Source: Utricularia gibba
Taxonomy: Eukaryota; Plantae; Magnoliophyta
Reading direction: 5' to 3'
Length of the DNA: 64,000 nucleotides
Assembly (NCBI GenBank): GCA_002189035.1
Contig: NEEC01000021.1
Coordinates: forward strand, 124,001-188,000
Below, piece after piece: positions 12,560 to 24,804 of this stretch. A program made the translations under genes and the position numbers. The notes below the pieces were generated by a model. The model was given only the letters and a program-made list of their open reading frames with translations. It was not told the origin of the DNA and ran no database searches. The number at the start of each line of letters is the position of its first letter. The first letter of the stretch is position 1.

Positions 12560-14820
12560 TAACATGCACATATAATATATTTATAAATCTATATGGGAGG
12601 CCATTGTCAGAAACATACCTTACTCATAAATACGAGAGGATTGTTGTTTCTTACATTCTCGCTGCTGTCGCTAAAAGAATCTCGCAGTATCTAATTATTA
12701 TATTCCCATCATATCAAAGATAACACACATATTTAAATTGCAAAGGTCAAGCATATTTTACACTCGATAACTCTAATATAGTCTTATTACATAAAAAATG
12801 ATGTGATATTTATTAATTAAAAAATAAATTTAATGAAATATTTTTTTAAAAAAGGCAAGTCAGGTCGTGCAAATTTGATTAATTTGCATAACCAAACCTT
12901 ACAAAATTATTAAAAAAATTCTTCTTCATCATTTCTTTGCATTTTTTTAGTAGACGAGCACTGAAACACACGTGTGGGACTAGTGGTTTTTTTAGTTTTC
13001 TATAAAAAAAAAAGCATAAGCATCGCAACTTGTTTTGTTTTTTAAAAATAATTTTCCTAAAAAATATTAAAATTATCAATCCTAAGTTATTTTGTTTCTA
13101 AAAATAATTTTTTCATAAGTGTGTATGCATCGCAAATGCACATTTGCAGTAATTATATTTTTTAGTATTTATATAAACAACGGACGCACCACAATGCACG
13201 TTTGTGATGCTAGCAAATTTTTTTGATAAATGGATAAGCATCATTGATGCACATTTGCAATGCTTGTGTAATTACAAAATTGAGAGAATCCCCCAATTTC
13301 TTTTTTCTTTAAAATAATTAGTTTTTTACAAATGGGCTGGCATTGAAAATGCATAATTGTATTGTTTGTGATATTTTTATTTTTATATAAAAAAGTATAA
13401 GCACCACAATGCACATTTGTAGTACTTGCAATTTTTTATATAAATGGACAAGCACAACAAACTCTCATTTGCAGTGCTTGTAGTATTTTTAATTTTTTAA
13501 TTAAAAATATATACGCACCACATTGTAATTTTTTTTAGGAAAAATGGAAAGGCAGTTCTATTGTGGTTGAAAATCGGTATTAAGATGGAAACCAATTTTC
13601 AAGTTGCAGACAAAAATGAGCAAGTTCCATCCGATTTAGATGTTAGTGGTTTGAATGACGTAATGTGGTTGACTGAAAGGAAGAAAGGTGGAGATTTTAG
13701 CATGGAAACCGTCGGAGGATGGAAAAACTATAAGTTATCGGACCTCGCCAAAGAATGATTTCACTAAATAAAGGTTGAGGGAAGATACAAGTTAGAGTAC
13801 CTGGAGCTCAACCCTCTCTTTTTTACATTTTTTTTGTATTTATAGAAGAGACTAATCTGATCGAATTCTCAATTCTATAGATGTTGTCTATTTTCTATGC
13901 CTGCCAATTGTACAGTGGCCCTGCAATCGGATAACCGCCGACTGTTCTTACATTTCCATAATTCAGCTACTTTTCAAATTGTCCAAAACGATCGTTGCTA
14001 ACAAACTCTGACATTTATCGATTTGTTGACCTACGTCAATTTGTCAGAATACCTTTTGGCTCATTTTCAGTGGTCGATTAACTCAGTCCGATTTAGATCC
14101 CATCAAGTTCCAATGCACATTTGTTATGATATTTTAATTTGAGAGAATGGGGTTGTGCGGTTTCTGAGCCGCAATGTATTTAAAAAAAATCAATTTTTTT
14201 AATAATTTACCCTATTGATTTACAACAAAAACATTTGAAAGAGTTTAGATGAAATCTTTGAAGTTTCCCATTTAATTATAAGGGAAAGAAGAATGTAATT
14301 GTTTGGATTTGGTCATCACATTTGCCAATACAGTGCATTGGGGCCTATTAATAATTTGAGAAAATGAGGGTCGTACAATCCATGAAGCTAATAAAAAATA
14401 TACAGACCTTTAGGCTTTGTTTGGTTTATATATTTAGATATTGATGTGTTTACATTATTTATGTTTAGACAAATCCAAATATGTAGGTGTAAAAGTACCC
14501 ATACCTCTCTTTGGGTATAAATATATCCACATATGAGGGTATAATTATATATACATACTAAACAACATAATTTTATCAAACCCATTATAAACCCAATTTA
14601 TACTTTCATATCAAACAAGACTTTGGTGTTCATCACACCATGCATATCATTCCCCTTCTTGAAGCATTAAAAAAGGTTAACGACATGAAACTAATGAAAG
14701 CATCAACATATCCAATAAACTTTTCACTTGATTGGTGAACTAGCTTCTGAAAGAACTATCAAAGCCAAAAGAAATTGAGAACTTCCTAAATGATCTTTCA
14801 GTCATAAGAGATGACCTGTG
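12560..14820 (+). repeat. ~2 kb repeat family block 1, with palindromic ~50-bp minisatellite
   Basis: Shares ordered sub-blocks with 16030-17997 and 33500-36000. One example is aaacatttgaaagag...gatttggtcatcacatttgcc, seen at ~14230, 17348, 17570, 34018 and 35877. Arrays of gcacatttgcagtgcttg lie at ~12950-13520. Confidence 0.85.
13559..14105. mobile_element. Solo LTR (probably copia) inserted in a minisatellite monomer
   Basis: Perfect 5-bp TSD AGTTC (13554-13558 and 14106-14110) with TA(from TG)...CA ends. Removing it restores the host motif ggaaaggc-agttc-caatgcacatttg. Homologous to 52757-53350 (tatttatagaagagac..atctga.cgaat). Confidence 0.8.
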
Positions 14821-16029
14821 TTGTGTGTAATTTTCTCAATAAATTTTAGTTATAAAAACGCAAAACATAATTAAATGTAATACGAATGTTGACCACATGC
14901 AGTTGAGTTTTGTGAAAAAATGCTTTGTGTTAAAGTATTACAAATTATTATGGATTTGTAAAAAGTTTAAAATACTGAATTATGAAATATGATGTAAGTA
15001 ATGAACTTTGTTTAAGAAAGCTATTTCGAGGAAAGAGAATCTGTCTTCTTCTTTGTTTCTTATTACTTAGGCTTTCATCAGTTTATTTCAAATAATCGTT
15101 ATACGAGCAAAGAACAACCTACTATTTTTTGTATTCTTTTACAGTGAAGCAAAGAAATAGCCTCATATTATTTTTCTTTGAACGATTGAGAGGGCAAGAA
15201 AATTGCCATCAAAACCGAATTCTATGCATGTGTCCAACTATTGCTAATGACCAATGATTGGGGTACGAGGTCACTACTTGCTTATCAACAAAGTATCCCG
15301 ATCACAGATAATTCGTTATCTCTCTTGAACCAATATAGTTAGAGATGATATTATTCACTTTGCTCTAAGAGAGCGTTACAGAAAAACTGTAACATTACAT
15401 GGGAAAATATATGAAATCCAAATGAAATTTAATGAATAAGCGAGAGTTGTCCTCAAGATATTTAAGGAAACTTCATCAATTCATAGAAATTAAGAAGTTT
15501 TAACTACAAATGACCATGACAAATAGAAACGAAAATGAGAAAAGGAAAGACTTATTCCTCTCTATGGTGGAGAGGAAGAACAAAAATTCTACAAGTTCAA
15601 GTGTCAAGTGAAAAAGAGTTCATTTTAATCCATTCAAAGTCTGTTTTAATTCACATCCCATAGTTTATTTAAGTCTCATGTCCCTCTTCCTTCATTCCTT
15701 CTGCCTTCATCTTTTCCATGCGTGCAAGTAACTTCTATAATCATCATAGCAGATTCTGAAACGTTGCAAAACATGGATGATGAACAAATCTTCCACCCAT
15801 CATATATCTAGGTTGGGTACAAGTTACATAATGATAGTCTTTGTCTGTCATTCTTGGATGAAAATACATGAAAGCATAACACAAAAATATATAATAACAT
15901 AATAATAATAATATTTTTTAATAAAAATATAATAATTATTAATATAATTCTTAATTAGACAACTTAATCCTAAATTAATACTTAGAAATACATAATAATC
16001 ATATAGAAAATGATAATTAACAACCTGTA

Positions 16030-17997
16030 TTATGCTTGAGATACAAAAAGAATTCACGATGAACTGATTTCAAGAACAAATGAAGAGTGACGCACCATAA
16101 AGGATCCCCATACTTGATACCAGCCATGAATTCGAAAACAACACATTTCTCATATAACATGTTCTTGTTTGATAAGTAAAATGTAAATTTAATAATAACA
16201 TAAATCACATTTTTTTCATAATAACACAATGTCTTTTTCAAGAATGGTCCTTAATTTCTTCTACAACTTTATCCAAATAAAAGCTAGATTAATTGAATTG
16301 GGAGGTCATTGTAAGAGAATGTTCAAGAATGACACATTGTTTTATTGATGATGTCCGTTGCAGCTTTCGCCTGATCGCTCCCGACCACTTGAATGTTAAT
16401 GGAAGGCTTGTTAGAGATATACCTTGCTCATCAAACATGTTAAACAGTCTCACAGTATCTAATCACCATGACCTATATATTCATACCTTGTCATCGTGAA
16501 CACAAAGCACATATTTAAATTTTAAAATACAAGCATATTTTGACTTGGCTTAACGCCCAATAAATCCAACACAACCTTGTTACTTAAAAATTGTTTTCTA
16601 GCATTTTTCGAATAGATGGGTAAGCGGTGCAAAGGTGCATTTGCAGTTCTTGGATTTTTTTTTATAAAATGACCAGGCACTTAAAACATTGCAATATTTG
16701 CGATTTTTTTTGTTTTTTGTTTTTCTAAAAAAGCATAAGCACACAATACACATTGTGGTACTTGCAATTATTTTTTAAATAGGCAATCGTAGGAAATGCA
16801 CATTTGCAATATTTGTGATATTATGAATTTGAGAGAATAGGATCGTGCAGTTTAGTGCATTCTGCACAATCTCAACTTATTTTTTTTAAATAGTTTTTCA
16901 TAAAAGTACAAACATTGCCAATGCACATTTGCAGTGGTTGCAATTTTTTCAGAAAATGGAGAGGCACCATCAATGCACATTTGCAATGCTTGTGATATTA
17001 CCAAATTGAGAGAATCATATCGTGCGGTTTAGTGCAATCTGCACGATACCAACTTATTTTTTATAAAATAATTATTTTTTTATGCATAGACAAGCACCTA
17101 AAACGCGCATTTGTATTGTCTTTGATTTTTTTATAAGAAAAATGTCAGCATCGGAATGCACATTTGCAGTGCTTGTGATATTTTTAATTTTTTTATAAAA
17201 ATTTATAACCACCGCAATGTACACGTAATTCTCACATTATTGGAAAAAATTGGATGCCCCACCAATGCACGTTTGTTTTGATATTTTTAATTTGTGAGAA
17301 TGGGGTCGTGCAGGTTAGCGCAATTACCATCTTGACTTATAAGAAAAACATTTGAAGGACCTTGGATGAAATATTTGAAGTTTCTCATTTAATTGCAAGC
17401 GAAAAGAATGAATATAAGGTTTGGATTTGGTCATTGCATTTGCCAATGGATCAATGGATTACTAATTTGAGAAAATGGGCTTGTGCAGTTTAGTGCAATC
17501 CATACAATTGTTATTATTTTATTAAAAATATTTTTTTAAAATGTGTCACCATGTTGATTTACAAAAAGAAATTTGAAAAATCTCATATGAAATCCTTGAA
17601 GTTTTGCTTTTAATTATAAGAGAAAACAATAAATACAATTGTTTGGGTTTGGGCACCGTGTTCACCTACGCCAGCGCTTGGAGGCCAATGAATGGTTAAT
17701 TTGAGAGAATGTAGTAGTGTGGTTTGGTGTAATCCATGAAGTTAATAAATGTAAACAGACCCTTAGATGTTCATCATAGCATATACATCATTCCCATTCT
17801 CAAATCATTAATAAAAGTAAATAACATGCAGCTAATAAAAAAACCAACATATCCAATGGAGTTATTACTTGAATAGTGAGCCAGCTTCTGAAGGAACTAT
17901 TAAAGTCAAAAAAGATTAAGAACTTACTAAATGATCATTTAGCCATAAGATAGACAAAACAATTAACGATGAACTGATTTTGTGATCCAACGAAGAG
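16030..17997 (+). repeat. ~2 kb repeat family block 2 (interrupted at 17998 by an Athila element, resumes 23827-23885)
   Basis: Same sub-block order as blocks 1 and 3. The sequence after 23826 (aagaataacactccctcaaggatctc...) aligns with the uninterrupted copy at ~16083 (aagagtgacgcaccataaaggatccc...). Confidence 0.85.
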
Positions 17998-20092
17998 TGA
18001 TAAGTGATTTTGTGTACTCCCCCACACTTAGATATTATTTGTCCTTAAGCAATTGTTCAAGGTATTTTCCTCTAAAGTAGTAAATTGCAAATAGAAGTAA
18101 GGCTAGCAAAATGCATGAGTTATTCAATAGTACACCATCCACTAGCTCTCCTTGCACGTAGCTACTCCTCACAGGTCATTCAATACGCTCAACAAAAGAA
18201 ATCCATAAGAGGGTGAAATGAAAAGAGGTTTGCTCAATACCTGAATATAGGCGAGTTAGTAAACTTGCGTAAGTGATCCATTAGTTTCAGCAAGCTTGCG
18301 CAATCATGAGGTCTTTTTTTTGGGTTGTAGCGTGGAAGGAGCTTGGGACGGGTAGGAAATTCAGCTGGAGGCTCCATTTCATGGGTAATAAGGAGTGAGC
18401 ATCCATCAAACAATTCTGTCATGCTTGCCTTTTGATTTTCGTACTCTAAGAAACTCCTTCTCTTTCAATTTTGTGGCTTCTTTTCAACACTTCAGCCTTT
18501 TTTCTTTCTTCTTCTTCTTTCTTTTTTTCGAAATCAGTCTCTCTCTCTTGGACAGAATGTCTGTTGAAAATCCCTTCATAATTTGTTGAGAGAGAGCTTG
18601 ATCACTAAGTTGACAATTGCTCTCAACTTTTCTTCTTTTGTAATAGAGCTCTTGGTTCTCCAACTTACGCAAGCAAATGAACAAAACTGTTCTCCAGATG
18701 CTCCTTCCTTGGGTCAAGAGAAATTGCAGTTGGCTATAATCGTAAAAATGGATTTGGCTTCTGATGTAGTGATTCAAATAAAAAGGTTTCAGGCCAAGCG
18801 GGGCTCACTAAGTGGATTCAAGGTGGGATATTAGAGATAAACAAGGGCAAATCCTAATGCCTCAATCCCTTGGCACAAGACCTGTAGAATAACCTAGCAG
18901 TATACACAAGAACAAGCCCATGATTGCAGTATATTCAGGTCACTCATAAAAAAAAGAGAATAAAAATGGTTTCCTCACCAAGAAACTAGGGCTATGTAGC
19001 TTGTGCAAGGAGTACAAAATGAACAACATGTAAAAGAATACCTTAGCAAGAAGCATGCCAAAATTCTAATGCATAGCAACGATTTTGAAGAAATAATACC
19101 AAAAAAAAAGTTTAACTTCCAGAAAACTACCAAATGTAAGGTTGTGATAAGTCAGTAAATGAAATCACATTCCATTTGAAGAAAAAATGACAATGATCCT
19201 TCTCCCCCACACTTGAATAAAAACTTATGTGCAAAAGATTGAAAAAAAAATCTGACCTGGGTCATGTATTCTAAAAAGTGGAATTTTCCTCATCTGGTCA
19301 ACCTATATAAGTTGCATGACATGTGCATTTTCGTAGTCATTCATATCAGCCTGTTCGCAACTTTTAAATGCAGAAACGTCATTGCCCAAGTTGCAATGAT
19401 ACTTGCGCAAGCATACAGGACATATATCAAAACTCATATGAAAATTCAGATGTTATCCCTATAAAACCATCTCTCAACAAATTTATTAGAAAACCGAAAC
19501 TATCTAAAACATAGAGATTTATCCTACTCAAACCTATTTCATTGAAAGTAAATAAAATAAAACAAATCAAACAAACCAACTTGTTTTTGAATGGCAACAA
19601 GTAAACCATACCTTGGTAAAAGATTAACGTGGTCGGTATGGAAATGTGTGAAAGCGAAGAGCAAACCTCTTGAATTTTCCATGAAGTTTCTTCCATTTTC
19701 TATTGCTCCAGAATTTATTTTAAAAGAGCCTCTTGGTTGCACAAATCACAGTCCATCTTGATTTGAAATGTCCTACAAAAAATTGATGGTTTGAAAACAT
19801 TACTAAAAATTCATCACCTTTTATGCGGCTCATCTTGTGCAAGTGCCTATCACTCCATGTTCTCGTTTGCTCTTTGTATAACTCAAATAGAAAGCTCCAA
19901 AGCATGGAATCAATGCATGGAATTGTGATCGAAGCTTCCTTGAGTTGCTGCATTCTACATAAGAAATCTTTATCAAAAACACAAACATATTCTTCAGCTA
20001 AATTCTTACTCGTAATGACAAGTTCCTCTTCCTTCAAATACTTTTCTGTGAAGCTTAGGAACCTTTGAACCGCCTCTTGATGCGTGTATTAG

Positions 20093-21549
20093 TGTATGTG
20101 TTCTAGAAACAATCAACTCATTGGCAAATCTTATCCTTTGATGTTTACCTTGAATTGTGATCAAGTTTACATCATTGATAAAATCCTCTACTTGATCTAT
20201 GTGCTATAGAAATTATGATGAGATCATAATGTGCGATTCTTCAAGCATTTATGTTCAAGTTAAAAACTCTCTAGCTAGAGTGTTTGTGAAATGAGGATAT
20301 CACAAATACGGATAGGCTGGCGCACATTGAGTTCTCTAAATTGTTTAGGCAATGGTTCTCACAATTGATGTAATGAGATTACTAGAACCTATGTGTGGGT
20401 GTCGATTAGAAAATCGATTCACTGGATGACTCATCTTTGAGATGCCTATGGGAAAGCTAACCAAGTGTCAGTAGCAAGATCTCGAGTATGATAGTCATGC
20501 AAGTAAGCTTAGACTTGAGGTTAACAAAGTTATCTTGATCTTAAGCTCACATTTTCGCTCATTACTAATGGAAGCCTAACCATGGCTTGCATAGTATGGA
20601 TTAGTAGGGATGTGACTTCTTAAGGTTGGAGATAGTTGATTGATCAATAAAAAATTTCATTACTCATGTTAGCGATGAGATCATATCTCAAGTAATTGCA
20701 TCAAAGCCTAACAGTAAGTCCTGGCCCCAAGGTAATGACACTCGAATTGTTTGAGTAGGTCATTAAGTGTTAGTGTTTGAATGCAATTATAAGTTTGATA
20801 CATCAGAAAGACATACACCCATGTCCTGGTATCGAATGAGATATAAGTATGATGAAAGCTGTTCATTGCATGGTGGCTGGTCATGGAAAGCCTCAATCAG
20901 TTCACCTGATTATTCTTTAATCTTGAAGATCATGATATGTTGCTAGACATCACTCATGATCGATAATGATGGATTTGATTAATTAAGAGTTAATTAACAA
21001 ATCCATTATTACGGTCTTGATTGAAGAAGCCTATAGGGTCACACACAATAGTAGAGTCACTTATCGATGTAAAATAGAATGACAAAATTACATAAGATGT
21101 AATTGGTAAAGTGGATAAATTAAATAGAGAGCTATTTTGAGATTAATATTGATTAAACTCAAAATAAAAGATCTCATATAGATCTTGATGGAGATATGAT
21201 TTGATATATCACAAAATATCTATAAAAAAGATTTAGATCTTGAAATCTGCTCCAAGATCTTTATGCTCTCTGAGACCGATCCACAAGGAGGCGTTTTTCT
21301 CTACTAGCACCTGAGAAATTCGACCAGCATTCAAGAGCCTTGAGAAGGTTATCGACGGAGTGCTCCACGTGTGGATACCATAGAGGCCGTCTGCTATTGG
21401 TGGTTGGTGAACAACGGAGTCATCTGAAAGGTATTTTGAACATCCCTTCGTCTGATGTATACCGTATTCCGAGATCTGCGTTTGGGGTTTCCCAAAATTT
21501 TTAAATTTTGCTGCTTATTAGACATACGATGTCTACGAGAAACCCAACA
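20093..21549 (+). mobile_element. Copia LTR (Angela-like) replacing the RT-RNaseH part of the Athila element
   Basis: Termini tgtatgtg...aacccaaca and the Angela-like motif cgtgtggataccatagagg at ~21368. It is the reverse-complement homolog of 41430-43118. No TSD, which suggests an accompanying deletion. Confidence 0.7.
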
Positions 21550-22676
21550 GTGTGCTTTGATCAAATAATTCGTGAGTGTGGTCCTCAAAAAGATCTGTTG
21601 CTTGCAAATGTTCATGTATAACACAATCTGCTTCTGTAGCTTGCGCAAGGTCAGGGACACACATTGTTAGAACTCTATCTTCAGTTTCAATATCCTTGCG
21701 TCTGGTGGGGGTCTCTTCCAATTGAAATGAATACTATGATGTGCAATTGATCATGCATGTCATGCACTCCTTTCATTTGATCTGAAAATTCTTCTTTTAT
21801 CTCCTTGATTTGTTCAACAAATTCTCTATTCATCTGCTCTTGCATCTCATTGATTTGACTCAATAGAACTCTGAGAGATGAGCATTGAGGTTGTCTCCAA
21901 TTCTAATTTGAGTTCTATTGGTTGTCAACCCAATTTGGATAACTTTCTCCTTGGGCAAGTCTACTATGAGACCTCATGAATTTCTCTTCTAACTCTTCAT
22001 CTTCAGAATCACTTCCAAAATCATTGTCCTTTGATTCTAATGATGAATGAGATTGATACCTGGTGTATTGCTGCTTTTTGGACCTCCAATCTTTTTCGTA
22101 CCCAACATCATTTCAATAGGCATGAAATTCATTGACAATCCTTTCTCTGGTGTAGTAATAATTTGTTGTTGGAAGCGTGCTTCATTTTTTTGGACGTGCT
22201 TGCGTAAGTATCAATTGATCCCTGTCATACTTGTGTTAAGGTGTCAAATTTGAATATGATATCAAATGACTTACCTGATGGTCATGTGATTTGTGCACAA
22301 GAATGCATCTTCCAACACGTGATTCTTCAGGATAAAACAAGTCATCCATCTTCCGAGACTGCATTCTAGAATCTGCCACCTCATTCGCCCGTCAATTTTG
22401 ATCTAATTCGCCTGTCAATTTTGTCGAATTCGAGATTAAAGGTTACATCTCGATCAAGTCTCCTCATATCTACACAAGCAAATGATGAACGAAAATCGAA
22501 AAAAAGGATTTTTTTTTCTTTGCCTCCTTTTTTTATATGGAGAAGATCAGTTGCTTGCGCAAGTACGCAAATAGAGAAAAACTATGAAAATAACAGAAAA
22601 ATAAAAAATAACCTAAAACGAAATCATAAAAGAAAATCTAAAGGAATACAATTCCCCTGCAACGGCGCCAAAAACT

Positions 22677-23826
22677 TGATGGTGATTCTGCAAGTGAATA
22701 GAAACCGTCGAAGTAATAAAATAAGATCGTATCCATAGGGAATTAATATTGGAATTTTCTTTTCAAACAAAGACTCAGAAAAACTGAAAACAAAAGAAAG
22801 ATTTGGTTTTAAGAACAAGAAGAAAAGTGGCATTGAATCTAGGATCCACTTACTTAAAATTTGCTCAAACTTGTGTGTGTAAACCTTGAGAACTGACTTA
22901 CTTGTGCAAGTTCTATGGATGTTATTCTAAAATAGTACTGATCGGTGACCGTTTTAGCACCGCCCCTCATTTAGTGGGATTATAGAATCAACCTCACCAC
23001 CAGAGCCATTTCACCTCCTCTGATAACCTATGTTTTCCCCACACCCAAATCTAACTCCTACACCTCACACCTCGTAGACAAATTAGACAGAATGTTTTTT
23101 ACCGACGATGTCCGATTGAGCCCTTCTCCTTAGGTGCTTGAGGCCAACCTTTGATTCTCTCACACTGCCTTTGGGTTATGTGATATTAAAGAGCACGTTA
23201 GTAAAGAAAACGTTGCGAAAAACATAATCAAACCTCAATTTAAATGTTGAGAAACATAGTAAAACTGTGACACGCGTAGGACTTGCGCAAGCAAGGCTTC
23301 ACCGCAGATCCTTAGCTGCAAGCGCCTATGCACTAGACTCGATTCTAACATGAAAATAGACACGAAAATAGGAAAAATACAAAGGAAAAGTGGTCAAAGG
23401 ACGTCTCTAATGGTTGAAAGAGTAAGGTATTTACAGGAGAGTAGATCCAAGTCTTCATATTGGGCTTGTTTGATGAGCTTGGATAAGATCTTCTATCTAA
23501 ATCTTTTATCCAAATCTTCCAAGATCATCTTCATATTTTTATCTTATCCATGAATTTTGAACCAAAGCTTCATTGTTTGATTGAGTCTTGGGATGAGATT
23601 CGTGGTCCATCACGTCCATAATTTGATGGATCTTGATTTCTTCTCAAATAGATCCAAAAGTGCTCTAAAAATCCACAAAATACACTTTCTCTCCAAAAAG
23701 ATCAAAGTAGCATGAAAGATGCATAATCAATTGAGAATAATGAGAAACTGCAGTTTAAGATAAGTAAAAACAACATTCATGAGTAATGGAATAACATGTT
23801 TTGGAACAACACAAAATTACTTATCA
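22677..23826 (-). repeat. Athila 5' LTR (~1150 bp)
   Basis: On the minus strand it starts tgataagtaattttgtg and ends gcagaatcaccatca, directly before the PBS. It is collinear with the LTR at 61604-62790. Confidence 0.88.
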
Positions 23827-24804
23827 AAGAATAACACTCCCTCAAGGATCTCTTTCCTTGATATCATCCATTGATTCCAAAATCGAACTTATCCTTCAAA
23901 TTAATATGGTAAACATTGGAATCAGTAATTTGTCATATGAATTGGCAAGTGAATCACTCTTGTTGGAGCATGCTTTCTTTCTTTTTGGAAGATGTGAACT
24001 GTTGTTGTTCTCCCGATTCAAATGAGTGTACGCTTGCTTCATTGGAGGAGTACAGAAATCGTAAAGGGAAGGTGCTAATTTGGCGTTCAAACCTATTTCT
24101 TCACCCATTTCTACGTCTTCATCGTTAATTTCATATGGTAGAATTCCTGAACTTGCATTGAATCTGCTCAACCAAACGCGATAATGTCATCAATTAGTTG
24201 CTTTTGCAATTCCTTTTAAGGTGGGGGTTCTTCACGAATCTCTTTGGCATCATGATTTTTCTAAAATATCACATCTGGAAATTGTTAAGGAGCAATTATG
24301 CTGCTGACAATTTCAGATTCCTAAGAGAGATTCCTACATTCTTCAAAGAGCCAAAAAGAAAAAAACATCCGACTTGATTACCTAAGATGTTAGACTGCCT
24401 AAATTTATCAATATGCCCATTAAGACTTATTAAAAATAAAGAATTCAATGAGATCACAAAGCGGCAGAATTATGTTTTACAACTGAAACCCTTGCTACTT
24501 AAGTTGATAGCCTACCACATCATAAATGCACATATATTAATCCTTTACTTTAAGAAACATGCCAGCATGGACAGAATACTTCATGGAAAACCAACTCACA
24601 ACAAGCTTTAAAGACAAACAAAATTCGTTTTCATCTTCTTTCTCCATGTTGATAAATAGAACTTGTAAACATGTTTAGAATAGAATGTTGAAACCCCAAA
24701 TTATCACTTCAAATATAAAATATGACAGTACCCACAATTCTTTCCACCCACAACTCATCATCAAGTAGGATTATATTTTTGATTGAATCCCATCCTTTTC
24801 CATC

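Larger units (their letters stand above)
17998..23826 (-). mobile_element. Athila-type Ty3/gypsy element, internally deleted, with TSD
   Basis: 5' LTR at 22677-23826 and tRNA-Asp PBS tggcgccgttgcagggg at 22654-22670. Integrase C-terminus LYKEQTRTWSDRH..GDE..FKSRW at ~19720-19900. Athila 3' motifs ctcccccacactt at 18017 and 19203. TSD AAGAG/AAGAA, and the host repeat continues across the insertion. Confidence 0.85.

Noticed and set aside
15230-15830. Possible Ulp1/C48 protease exons (NHWSLAIV; DLFIIHVLQRF) on the minus strand
   Set aside because: The motifs are short, in the wrong order for a single gene copy, and the catalytic Cys context is missing.
12950-17300. CRISPR-like look of palindromic repeats with spacers
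   Set aside because: Eukaryotic context, degenerate repeats, low-complexity A/T spacers that resemble each other, and no cas genes.
23896-24171. Possible FAR1/MULE transposase remnant (GLNAKLAPSLYD..SNKSDSLANSYDKLL)
   Set aside because: Only scattered residue matches with no catalytic motif; it cannot be supported without a search.
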